This document shows positions 1 to 10,999 of a stretch of 37,039 bases of DNA, one piece after another. The DNA is from Anthoceros angustus (lineage: Eukaryota > Plantae > Anthocerotophyta). The notes beneath the pieces are model-generated. The model saw nothing but the letters and a program-made list of their open reading frames with translations, did not search any database and was not told the origin of the DNA. Position numbers and translations under genes: made by a program. How positions within the stretch are numbered: the stretch's first letter is position 1; each line of letters begins with the position of its first letter. The stretch is from assembly GCA_010909165.1 (NCBI GenBank), contig VJWM01000366.1, positions 1 through 37,039 of the forward strand, read 5' to 3'.

Positions 1-1590
1 TTGTCGATAACCCATGTGCCCCCCACAAGGCACTAAGTACTCAAATGGTATGCCTCGCCCCTCATTGTCCACAATGTTTGGCCTGACTTGTCTGGTGATG
101 CTCATAGGCCGTCGACATTTTGTCCCCGGTCGGTGAGCTCCTTGCACTTCCACATAAAATGAAAGAATGCCTTCTTGAAGTAGGTGGTTGTTGTGTTGGT
201 CGCCCCAAAACTATCCTTGTAAAAGCTTCCACTTGAGGTCGACAATCTTATACATCCTCCGACCATTCGGCGTCTTGGCGTCTACCCCTCAATGAGCATC
301 TTTGAGAGCTTCCTCGGGAAGGTGACCCTGCTCTTTCCATCTTCATTCCTCTCGTGGGAGCCACACCATCACTCTCGCTTTCGGCCTCTCATACACCTTA
401 CAAATGTCTTTGGACGGTCCATCCCTTTGGATCATCCGCGTTCCTCTCCTCGGTTCTCTGTTTCTCCCTCAAGCGGTTCAAGTTGCACCTTGTAGATTCA
501 ACCAATTCCACATTAGAATAGGCCCAATGCCTATCGTAAATACTGGGCTGCACATTTTGTCGGCCTTGTCGAAAATCCCATAAGTCTCAGGAGACTTATT
601 GAAACATAAAAGGGCCCGCCGCCCTGGGCCCGGCACCAACCCTCCTGCGCAAGTTTGGCCTTCCGAACCTACCTCTCGTAGCTCTTCCAACCCTCTGTCC
701 GGACCTCCGTCGGGACCTCAGTCCTTTCTAACCGTTGGACCCGTTTTAGGTCCGTTTTCCTCCATTCATCCGTCCGTCAGGGAATTTCAAACTGTCTTGG
801 TTTCTCCATGTGCCACTCTTCGTTCTTGTCTTCCCGTCGGTGATACGGTGATGAAAAATAAAAATAAAGCCCTAATATGAACAAAACTAGGAGGCATCCG
901 CCTCTCTTCTAATGGACCCAAAATTTGGCATTCCTGCGCATTCACCGATTCATTCTTGACTCGTAACATTCATAAAACGAGGCCGGTGTGGCCAAACGTT
1001 TAAGGACTCGTTCACGTCCGTAACACTCCGGTCTGTCACTCGTTTGTCTAGTCCGATCTCCTCACCACTCTCACTACGTTCATTGTCTTGGAAAAAAGGT
1101 GGGTGGGCCGAATGGTCCGGACCTCCTCCGTCGTTCCACCGGACCTCTCCGTCCAGGCTCTGCACGCCTTCCCGGAGTGCCCCAGCTCATGCGTTCCGGT
1201 CCGTCCAGGCGTCGAGCCCACGGGCGAGCAAGGGTCACGATCGCCTTCCTTGCACACACCACCACCGTTAGGGTCGTCACGGGACCTTGATCGATCTCTC
1301 CGCCTCGGTGACTCGATGACGTTAGCCAAGGCGAAGGGCTGGCGAAGCCGGTGTCACCCCAAGAGAAAGATGCTTTACTAGAGCAGCCCTCTTATACTCG
1401 CCCAAGGTCTTTATTACCTCCTATTACATTTGAGCCCTAACTTGCCTTTACTATTTCCTTCCTAACCGCCTATCTCGCCGTCGTGATGAAATTTGGGAGT
1501 GCCCTTAGTTTCGCCTGTTTCTGGTGGCCCAATCCCCTACAGCGGTTCGCGCCCCAGACGGATGATCCGCGGCGGCCCCTTCCCCTTCCG
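1..1590. mobile_element. Fragment of GC-rich repeat family B (probable LTR retroelement), with an LTR-like module at ~960-1590
   Basis: 960-1590 is a diverged reverse-complement match to ~27050-27620. Shared blocks include gtcgtcacgggacc, cggtgactcg, ccaagagaa(a)gatg, tggtgg(c/t)ccaatc and cggatgatccg. 1-700 looks like minus-strand coding sequence but could not be assigned to a family. Confidence 0.55.
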
Positions 1591-1890
1591 AGACTACGTA
1601 GGTTGAGCCACCGGCGGTGACCACAGACATGCTATTTAGTGAAGGGGTGATTATTCAACATGAGGGTTTTACGCTGTTTATTTGCGAAGGGTTTTGGATG
1701 GGTGTTGAATCCGTTTGTTCACCGCTTGTCTTTGGAAAGATGATCGAAAGAAGGGTGAACAACTACACCGACGAGCTTGCCGGTCGTGACATGGAGCAAT
1801 GGTTTGTAGTTTACACCTATGCTGACGTTAGAGCCCATTCATTAAAATGGAGGCCATATGTGCCGGTGAAGATGAGTACATTTGTGATCT

Positions 1891-3131
1891 TGTGGGAGGC
1901 GGATCCGGGGCTTAGATGCACCCTCTAAGCGTACACTTATCACTTGTCGTTTAAATGCGTTGGGTTTTCGTCCCATGAGACTTGGAGCAGTCGAATCTTG
2001 AAATCCGTCACTACACTGCAGCTACACACTACCTTCTAAACAAGCAAGGCGCCCTCTCACGCTCCCTCTGCAGCCCCCTGCGCCGTAAACTCACCAAACC
2101 TCAACCTACAACGACACCACACAATTGCGGTTCGTCTTAACAAGGTGTCTATCACGGGCGGACCCCTGACCCACACATAACCGTCCCTACTCCTAAGACA
2201 CTCTTCTCCACAGGGGCGCCCTCTTGCTTGATTTGGGATTCGTCCCTTAGGCTCTGCACATGTGGCCTTAGTTTTCCTACACTCTAATCCTCCTCACAAC
2301 TCTCTCAATCAACAACGCCCTCTTCTTCTCTACTCATCTACCCTTCCTTCCTCCACAATCTCCTACTCTAACACCAATTCTGGCTCATTAATTCCAACTC
2401 GCCCTTCAGCTGGCACAGGGTCCGTCAGGAAATTAACGAGTTCTTCCTTGGGCAGTTGCTATGTGGTTTGCAGACAGAGAACCTCCGAGTCTTTCCTGCA
2501 GTCTACCCTCAAGCCGAGAGTTCCTTGAGCATCGCCACACTCAAAGCAAAACAATTCACTGACAACCATTCACAAGGGGCGGCTAGCGGGCGCACCTGAG
2601 GCAACCTCCACCCAGCACTCCGCGTTCTCCCTCTCTACCGGACCTGCGTTGGCTTGCGGTAGGCACGAAATTCACACAAAGTGAAGGACTCGGGAGGATG
2701 GGAGGCAAGACACGATAATTTTACTTCACAAGCTCCCTCCTTTTATAGGGAGGTCCTCACATCCCCAGCTCCTGCGCCCTCCGCCTTACTCCTTATTTTA
2801 GTGTATCCTGTTGTCGACTTTAAGTTCGACATCCAAGCATCTTGGGTAAAATTCTATTCTAGCAAATTCACCTATGTGAGCCTTAATGGCTCTGTCAACA
2901 TTCCTATCTAGCTAGTCAACACACTCTCTTGGGTGACAAGCATTGTCCTCCTCTAAAGAAAAGTCTTCCCAAGTGGCATCTTGCCCCATGTCTTCAAGCT
3001 AATTTAAGGACTTCTTATGAATCCCTTCCTTATCTTGATGCCTATCTTGAGTTCCTTCCTCCAATAAAATAGCCGGGCTCTCTTAGCTGGCTCATCCTCA
3101 CTTCTTCTTCCTCTCACTTGTGGAAAGATCA
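1891..3131 (-). repeat. Family A LTR, copy 1 (3' LTR)
   Basis: Begins tgtgggaggcggatccgg and ends ggaaagatca, giving TG...CA termini. Colinear with 18202-19435 and 35635-36388, and adjacent to the PPT. Confidence 0.9.
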
Positions 3132-3149
3132 ACCCCTCTTCCTTCTTTC
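3132..3149 (-). promoter_or_regulatory. Polypurine tract
   Basis: The minus strand reads GAAAGAAGGAAGAGGGGT immediately before the LTR TG. The same tract recurs at 21382-21399. Confidence 0.8.
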
Positions 3150-5683
3150 TGCAAGGGCCAAGGTACTCTCCCTTGCCGTCAAATCCATGCTAGCGACCTT
3201 TGAATCAGCGCTTCTTCTTCCTCCTACCATGGTAGGACCTTCTCCTACCAGTGAGTCCCTCCGGTAGGAACTCCTCCTACCAGTAGGAGTTCCTACCGTT
3301 CTTCTTCCTTACCCCTTCACAGGGTGATTCTCTCCACATGCGGCTTCCCGCTTCACTTGCTTCTCCACAGTGCGAAGTTTCTTCACCATGTTGCTTGGGA
3401 CACTCTCCAAGTCTAAGGCTTCCGGTTGGACTTGCATGAGGGCCTCCCTCATCATCGAGGTCCCAACATCCTCCCTCGCAAGTCGCAACAACTCGTTAGT
3501 GGCCTTGAGCACCTTGTTGTGAAGATGGCTGCAAATCGTTGTTGTGCCATCTCAATTCTTCGTAATCCTCAAGCCATACTCCATGCTCACACTTGCTTTT
3601 GTAAGCATCTCGCTCAAGGCCAGCTCACGGTCTTGACATGAGAGCCACATTCTCCGTCCTCTCATTACTGCGGTTGGCGGATCAATCTCTCTTGTAGGGC
3701 ATAATCGGCCCGAAATCTACTCTCCTCACCGCCAACATATCTTTGCACCGCCTCATGGCCTTTCTCCTTTGCCATTTCTTCCTCCAACTCCCCTATCCTC
3801 CTAGGGGGTTGTGCATTCTCCGTTCTTTGGACTTCTCGTTCCATTTCCAATCTTTGGACAAAATGTGTCCGTTCTTCCAGCTCTTCTTCCTTCAATTCCA
3901 GCCTCGTGGTTTCTCCCAGCTCCTTTTCCATGTCACTAATCTTCCACGGCTGTGTGGCTATGACCCGCTCATGTCGCCTACTTGCCTTTGTCTTTGTCCT
4001 CATTTCTTTGCTCGTCTTGACCTTTCCTCCATTAGCAGCACTTGCTTGTCTTGCCTTCTTTTCCCATGCGCACCATGTGAGCAAGTTGCTCCACCTTCTC
4101 CTCTCGAGCTGCCAATTGCTTGGTAAGAGCCTTGTTCTCCGAATATGATGGTTTGTTTCCTTGCCTTGTTTCAAGACTCTTTTCCAAGTGCTCCACTTGA
4201 GCTTCCATCCTCATAACATCCTCCTGCCTGGGTTTCGCTCGCCTACCGCAATTTCCCTTGCTTGGTAGGTCCTTGTCTTCTCGCCTCCGTCTTCAAGAAT
4301 TCAACTCTCCTCTTGGCGGCTCCTGTCTACCTTGCTGAACATCTCCCTATGCAGCATCTCCTCCAACATGTCTAAGTCTCCTTTCTTACCTCAGGAGACT
4401 CAAGGCCTTTGCCTTGCTCATGGGATCTTACATCCCTTGCTTCCCTATGATGAGCTCCCGCTCATCACTTGAGCAACTCCTCCCCGTGACTCCATCACCC
4501 ACCTAGCAGGGCGGTTGCCTTCTTATCTCCCTCTTGGGAGCTTCCGTGACTTCCTTTCCCTCCTACCGTGGTAGGAGGTGCTCCTAGTAGGACTACTTCC
4601 CTACCGTGGTAGGACTAATTCCCCTCTTGTAGGCCTTGTCATGAGGCGAAGGGGTCCCAAACCCGTGGGAACACCTCCCACCCTCGTGATTCTGCCATGG
4701 TAGGATCTATCCTACCTTCCATCTCTCCGCGGTCCAAACTTCAAATCCCCTACAACTTCTCCTTGCAAGTCCTCCTGCATCCTCGGCCTATCTTTGGAGG
4801 ATTCCTTCCGCAAATAATGTCGGTGGTCTTGCACCTCCTTTAGCGCAAAGCACCAAGCACTCCTGTCCCTCTCACAGGTGTAAGTACACAATGTTAAAGG
4901 GATGCTTGGAATCATCCAACTCCTTACTTGTGAGTAGCCCTCTACTTCCCACAAATGCACTAGATAAGTGCTAAGATAGCATGACCTTGGACTGTCTTCA
5001 TCCAGCGTTGGGTTTGACAACTTCTCCGGTGGTAGGTGTATGCTTCATACATGATGAGCCCCAATCCGGCTTCGCTCCTTGAGTGATCTTCCATAGAAAA
5101 TGGAGGAAGGTAGTGCTGAAATATGACACCCTTGGATTGCTCACCAAGCCCAAAACAATTCTTGTGAACAATCTCCACTTGGGCTCCAAGATTTGGTCCG
5201 TCCAATTCTTGGACTTAGCCTTCATGCCCCTTGCATAAGTGTAAGGGCTCCCTTGGGAAGATCCGCCGTTGATGCACGCCTCCACTCGTTCCTTCCATCA
5301 GCGTGATTCCGCTATCCTCGCTATCTCCGCTGCCATATACACGGCGTATGCTCCTTACGGTCCAACACCGTGGATCCGTCCGTCGCGTTTCTCCTAAGGC
5401 CAATTCCTCTTCCTGCAAATTAGCAAAACACTCCTCTATCAATTCAAGGTTGGTGTAAGACCAATGTCGCCCATACACCCACTCTATGAATATTCTCCTC
5501 TGCTGCCCAAGGTCGAAAGTCGAAAGGTCTCTAGAGGATGGCACATATACGTAAAGGGCATGTCAAATTTCCACCCTCAGGTCGATCCTCTGCCTTAGAC
5601 CTCTTGCCTCCGCCACCTCCCTTGGTGGACGCTCCTTCCTTAGCTACTACCTCCTTGCCCTTGGTCATGGTAGGCTTGGTCAT
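3150..5683 (-). CDS. Extra 3' sense ORF (env-like position, as in Athila), roughly 800 aa once frameshifts are bridged; conserved W/F-rich N-terminal domain and C-terminal coiled coil
   Basis: Starts MTKPTMTKGKEVVAKEG (ATG at 5683). ORF-track pieces include WVYGRHWSYTNLELIEECF, WTDQILEPKWRLFTRIVLGLVSNPRVSYFSTTFLHFLWKITQGAKPDWG and the heptad-rich LELKEEELEERTHFVQRLEMEREVQRTE. These pieces recur in the other family-A copies. The 3' end is approximate. Confidence 0.7.
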
Positions 5684-6212
5684 GGCCTCCTTGGTTAGTT
5701 AGTACTTGCATTGAAGAAAAAGTGATGCCTCTCCTGCAATTCCTGCGGCTCGACTTCTTATCCTTGCAAGCGTTTCTCCTCCTCTTGATTTGCTCTTGCT
5801 CACAGCTCAAAGGTCCTTGCCCTTGCTCTCCTCCTGCAGTCCTTACACCTTGGCGTCCCAAAACCCGATTTCCTGCAGAGAAAGCTCACCAAAATTCCCC
5901 ACGGACTCTTACACCACGCAATTTAGGAGCCCTTCACACGGTTTCCTAGCAATCTTGCCACGCTCCACCCTCCTAGGCACCCTCACGAGCTTGGCAAGTG
6001 TTGGGTTGCGCCCCAACCTTCTTCTCCCTTCTCTTCTTCCTCTTTTCCTCCTTCTTCCTCTCTTGGGCGCTGGTTTCGCCTCCTTCTGAGCTTGCGCCCT
6101 CCTTCTCCTCCTCAACAGGCGTGTGCGTTGCTGTATGGGGCCTTGGGCAGCTTGAGGTGTGGCGCCTTCTGGTGGTAGTCTTCAAGTTTCGAGTTGTGGC
6201 CTCCACCCACCA

Positions 6213-6220
6213 CTTTTATA
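6213..6220 (-). promoter_or_regulatory. Candidate TATA box (TATAAAAG) upstream of the extra ORF
   Basis: Lies ~530 bp upstream of the extra-ORF ATG, just downstream (minus strand) of an AT-rich tract. Conserved in the copy at 29865-29872. Confidence 0.5.
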
Positions 6221-6486
6221 AGTCACCCAAGGGTTAGAAAAAGTAACTACCATTCTATCCTGCCCTTGGATGTGTGCCACGTGGCCCTTTCTCACCATTG
6301 ATGTTAGTTTCCTAATTTCCCTTATACTAAAATACCAATTTCCCTATTTTTCTAATTTCTAATTCTGAAAATTAGCCTCTAATTTCTTAATTACCTATTT
6401 TGGCCTATTTATCTAGTCCACTAAAAGACTCTATATATAGCAAGCCTATCCTAAAAAACATAAGCTACTTCCTTAGAAACCTATCT

Positions 6487-6727
6487 CCTACCGTGGTAGG
6501 ACATCCTCCTACCATGGTGGCGTTTTCCCTTTCTCCTACCACGGTGGAGTTTCTCCTGACGGTGTACCTTCCTACCCTCTCCTACCATGGTGAGCTATTC
6601 CTACAGTAGGTGATCAAAACACTAGGGTCATCCTCCTACGGTGGTAGGATCTCTCCTACCCTCGTCTACCATGGTAGGAGTTTCTCCTACGGTGGTAGGA
6701 CACCTCCTACCACTCATGTAGGTTACC
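6487..6727. repeat. Array of palindromic CCTACC(A/G)TGGTAGG-type units
   Basis: About 10 or more full or partial units with short irregular spacers. The array is repeated at 30141-30375. Confidence 0.85.
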
Positions 6728-6949
6728 TTTTCTCTCCTCACGGAGGTCGTTTTGACCCGTTTCTTTTCCATATCCTCTGCCTTCCGCATGGTCCTACAAC
6801 TCCCGCTCAAAAGGAGCAAAAATTTCCTTGCATGTCTTCACCAAACCATTTCTAGCAAGAGTGTGGGCTGTTCAAACAAACTCATTTAAGCTTGTTGCCC
6901 AAACTTTTGCGTTCCATACTCCCCTCCTCACTGTTTGCGTCCTCGAACA

Positions 6950-8130
6950 GATCTCAGTGAAGGTTCTTAACCCACCCATTCACTCTAGTTGGCAAATCCC
7001 CATCCGGCCTGTGGTTGCGGATCCATTCTCATACCACCACCTCATAAGGTCCCATCCATCTCAATCTAAGCTTCCAGGAAGTCCATATAACGGCTATCAT
7101 ATAGAAGAACCAAATCCCATGATAGCTTCTTGCTTCCTCAACTTCCCATCATGCCTATCCTTTCTAAGCTCCTGAATTTGAGTTTCTTCTAAAGCATCTT
7201 CCCTCGTTCCTCATGCTCTATGAAAGACTCTAGTCTAGCTAGCTATCCTCTGATCATCGCTCATCCTCCATGATTCTATAGGTAGGTACTTCAAATTCTC
7301 TGGCATCACGAGACATGCCATATGTTAAATAATAAGGGGTCTTCTTGGTTGTCACCTTCTCTGTCTGTAAGCCCATAACCTTGAATGTAGCTTAGTGTCC
7401 CAATCATACATGTGAGTCACGATTACCTTGGTCAAGATTGTACACAGCCCATTCGTTTTCTCCGTCAAACCATTCGCTTTGGGATTGTAAGGAGTTGTCT
7501 TTCGATGCGAATGTTGAAGTAGGTGGTGAGAGTCTCGATCGAGTTGAGAAATGAGTTCCCATCAGACCAACTCAAAGGACATCCATACCTCGTTATAATG
7601 TTCTCAAGAGAAACTTCGCTCTGCGGTCGTCGTCCTTCTTGTTGCTTGACCTCCACCATCTTTGTACAATAGTCCGTAGCCACCAAGATATATTGCTTCC
7701 TTGTCCATTGTGTGGGTGGCTTGATTGGACCTACAAAATCTATACCCACTTCTCAAATGGTGCCAAAGGTAGTATAGGTGAGAGGCCCTTTGTGTTGACA
7801 AAGTGGGCCTTCCAACCCTCGACGCATCACACCTCCTAATAAATTCCCACATCCTGCATTGTAGCCCACAGCTGCATCCAAGACCTTCTTCAGTGATTTG
7901 CGTCGAATAATGACCACCTCTTACGCATGTAAAACACGTGACCAAAGCGCTTCTCTAATTTCCGGACATCGAATCTTCTCGTCGGACCAAGCTTGTACAA
8001 GACCCCATCCGTAGGCAATAGGGGCTGTCTTGTGGAAAAACAGCTCGCCCCTCCTAGACAAACCATCGGGCATGATTCCATGCTCTAGAAAATTTGTACC
8101 ATTCACATACGAATCTCCTCCTTCCACGCA
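6950..8130 (-). CDS. pol: Integrase (zinc-binding region, core, GPY module), frameshifted
   Basis: GGHYSTQIT...CDA...VG, [34 protein letters not shown] (ORF 7465-7749), and GKLRLRWMGPYEV...LPTRVNG near 7000-7080. Confidence 0.9.
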
Positions 8131-8759
8131 TACCACGTCGCCTCCTGCTAGCTCGCCAGCAGCCCAGGGCGTTGTTCCATCCACAAATCCAGTTTCTCCC
8201 GCTTTGTCCATCTTTGCAGTTTTGAGCTGCGGCGTTGCATGCTCCTCCTCCAACAACGTTCATTTCTTCCATTCCTGCTGGTCTAGCCTCGTGTCCAGGT
8301 CCAGCTCGTGCTCCCATGGCGACCTCCTGCTGTTTGCACCTCCATGGCCACCTCATGAGTGATTTCCCATGAATCGCCATTTCTTCTCCTGCGTTTTGCT
8401 CAAGCTTCATGGGATGCATCTCCTTCCTCGCCCTCTGGCGCACCTACCTCCCTAGGGCCTTCTCCTCCTCGCGGCCCCATGGCGCCTGGCTTGACCTCGC
8501 CAAGTGGGCGCCTTTTCTTTGGCGGCGCTCCCTCGTTTTCTTTTGCCCATGGCCTCCACTTGCAGCCCTCCTCTGCTCACCCTTGAGAGCATTCCAGCCT
8601 CCTCCTCGCGCCCATACTGGCGCCCTTTTTATCCAGTTTGCGGTTTTGCTGCGCTCCCTTCTTGCTCATTTGACCTCTCTTCTGGCAAGGCTTGCTGATC
8701 AATGCTTACAACATGCTCACGTCCTCCCCTTGACCCGGGCCGTGGCAACCAACTCCTCG

Positions 8760-9230
8760 TCGAAATCGGTCATGGCTTCAGTCGCTCTCCGGTTTCGGCG
8801 AAATGAAATCGTTCGATCGCTTCCCAGCCTAGTTTCTCGTCATAATCAAACTCTTGCAGCGGTAGTACCCACACGGCAATCCTTCACAAATCGGCTTGTT
8901 CACAAGGTACTTCAATAAAATGGTCAACATGAAGCGTCACTTTGCAAGCAAGCGGATAGTGCCTAAACTTCTTACGAGTAAATGATACCAAGACCCTCTC
9001 GCTGTGGTTGAGTAGTTCTTCTCGTCGTGGTATCTCTGGCATAGAAAATCGGATGGTCCGTTTCTTCTCGTCCTTAAGATGGTCCCAATGGCATAGCGGA
9101 CATCACGTATACATGAAACGGTTTCTCCCAATCGGCGGTATAACGTGGGTGCGCTCACCAGGTCCTTCTTTGAAAAGCCTCATCTTGCGGTAGTCCATTC
9201 GAAGGTGTATCCTTCTTGGTCAATTGGGTC
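8760..9230 (-). CDS. pol: RNase H domain of pol, frameshifted
   Basis: LVSAPTL, DVRYAIGTIL, DEKNYSTT, KKFRHY, TLHVDH, LKYLVNKP and WVLPLQEFDY, read across frames. Confidence 0.85.
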
Positions 9231-10120
9231 ACAAGGCTGCCTTCTTAGCAAAATCCTTGATGAACCTCCTGTAATATCCTAGTCCTACAAAGCACCTTTG
9301 CCTCCGTTTGGGGTCGTCCATCTCTCCCACCTTCTCCTTATCTACGCAATCCTCTTCACTCGATGTGCCAACAAAATACCTTCCGTCATGCCAAAATAAC
9401 ACTTCCCTGGATGAAGCTTCATGTTGGACTCCTGCATACGAAAACATTGTCTTAGGGTGCCCATGCGACTTCCTCCGCCAAACCAAAAATCATCCGAAAT
9501 ACCTCCATGAACTTCCGAAAATCTCGGAAGATAGCATTCACCACGAAAAGTGGCGGAGGCGTTGCACAAGCGAAGGTAGCTTGGAATAAGCGTAAGTGCC
9601 CCAATCGGTTGTGAGCGTAGTCTTGTCTGGTCCTCCTCCTCAACGAAATCGATTGTAACCGGTACCCATCTAAGCTGTACATTTCATGTGTTACTGTCCA
9701 TGAAAGGCAAGGGTGGTCCTTCTTCGTTGCTTCATTAAACTTCACGAAATCACGACACCTTACCTTTTTGCTTCTTAGGTACAATTACAATGGGGGCGAC
9801 CCACTCCTTTGGTAAGCAGGATAAATCACCCGCTTCCAAGTATTGGTCGGTGATCCTTGGCGACCATAGAATACTTATTCATATTGCTTGATCCTTACGA
9901 GTCTTGCCCTCCTTCAAATCGATTGTGTATCCCCAATTCTTTGAATTCTGTCATGTCGATAATCTTGAAGGCAAACACATCGACATATTCTCTAAGGACC
10001 CTGAAATTCTTCTTTTCTACCACTCCTAGATGCAGATCTTGACCACCTTGGGTTCTAGCTCCAAGTCCTCTCTTCGGATCTACATAAGTCCCTTCCGGTG
10101 CTACACTATTCCACATCCTT
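9231..10120 (-). CDS. pol: Reverse transcriptase domain, frameshifted
   Basis: LREYVDVFAF, RCRDFVKFNEATKKD, YSLDGY, catalytic MEVF-DDF (gatgat at 9489-9494), KLHPGKCYFGMTEGILLAH and FVGLGYYRRFIKDFAK. Confidence 0.9.
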
Positions 10121-10399
10121 CGTCGGAAATCGCGATCATAGGCTCTACCCTTCCGAGGCTACTCCTTCTCTATGTGCCTCGTCCTCGGACTCCTCCTCGA
10201 CACCATCTACTTGTAGGCGGTGTACACCAACTCAGTTTATTGCGCCACCTCAAGCGGGGTCCTCGGTAGCTCGGTCACCGAAGAGCTCACCCCGTACTAC
10301 CGAGTGTACCCATCAGTGGCGGACTCCCCTTCATAGGGTGCCTTGCTCCATGACACAAGCGACCTCGGTGAGGCCCTACCCTACATGACTTAAATGTAA

Positions 10400-10700
10400 T
10401 GCAGCTGAAAATCAAAGACACAAGCGGTACCATACAACCAAGGCACCTATCAAAACCTTGTAGCCTAGATCGGCCTCATGACAATGTAGGTAAGATGGAA
10501 TGTGAGACCACCAATCACGGTTGGCACATTTCGGCACCCCAAAGGTTTCCTCCTTGTTTGATCGCCATCCTCAAGAACACTCGGATTGGGTTAAACTTGG
10601 TGAAACCAAGGCTCTCCTCTCATCAAGTTGACTCGAACCCGAATCTAATGGCACATTAGGCACCAAGCAACACCAATCTCAATTTCAATCTCTGGCGCTC
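10400..10700 (-). CDS. pol: Aspartic protease domain
   Basis: LDSGSS active site (DSG at 10637-10645), then DQTRRKPLG, NVPTVIGGLTFHLTYIVM and PWLYGTACVFDF. Confidence 0.8.
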
Positions 10701-10999
10701 CCAAATCAACAAGTTCAACCACATTTACCTCCACCGGCCTCCTTCTCGTCCCCATGGGTTCGGATCCCCTAATCGCTTCCTTCACAATTTTGCGGGATCT
10801 TGGACTCACGCAAACAATTGTCTCAAGTGACCACAAATTCTCGGTCAAGCAATGCATCGTGGGAGATCTTGTCGGCAATGTTTCCTCCCGTTTGCAGCCA
10901 CGATCTTTGGTCTCCGACCTTATTGGTAAACTCCACACTCTTGGTCCCTTGATTGTGGACTCCATGATCGTATTGTCAATTCAGCTCCGCCTCTTCTTC

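Noticed and set aside
1886-1890. gatct as a TSD of element A, and ATCT preceding both LTR copies 1 and 3 as a target preference
   Set aside because: There is no matching TSD at the other end because the LTR is shared and interrupted. Two sites are too few to infer a preference.
1617-1890. 103-aa plus-strand ORF between family B and the LTR
   Set aside because: It has no recognisable motif and runs into the LTR, so it could not be assigned.
5692-5705. TACTAAC branch-point-like motif on the minus strand upstream of the extra-ORF ATG
   Set aside because: The distance to the next AG is only 4-8 nt and differs between copies, too short for a credible acceptor.
6487-6727. Palindromic repeat array resembling a CRISPR array
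   Set aside because: Units are ~14 bp with short, irregular, non-unique spacers. There are no cas genes, and the array sits inside a retrotransposon.
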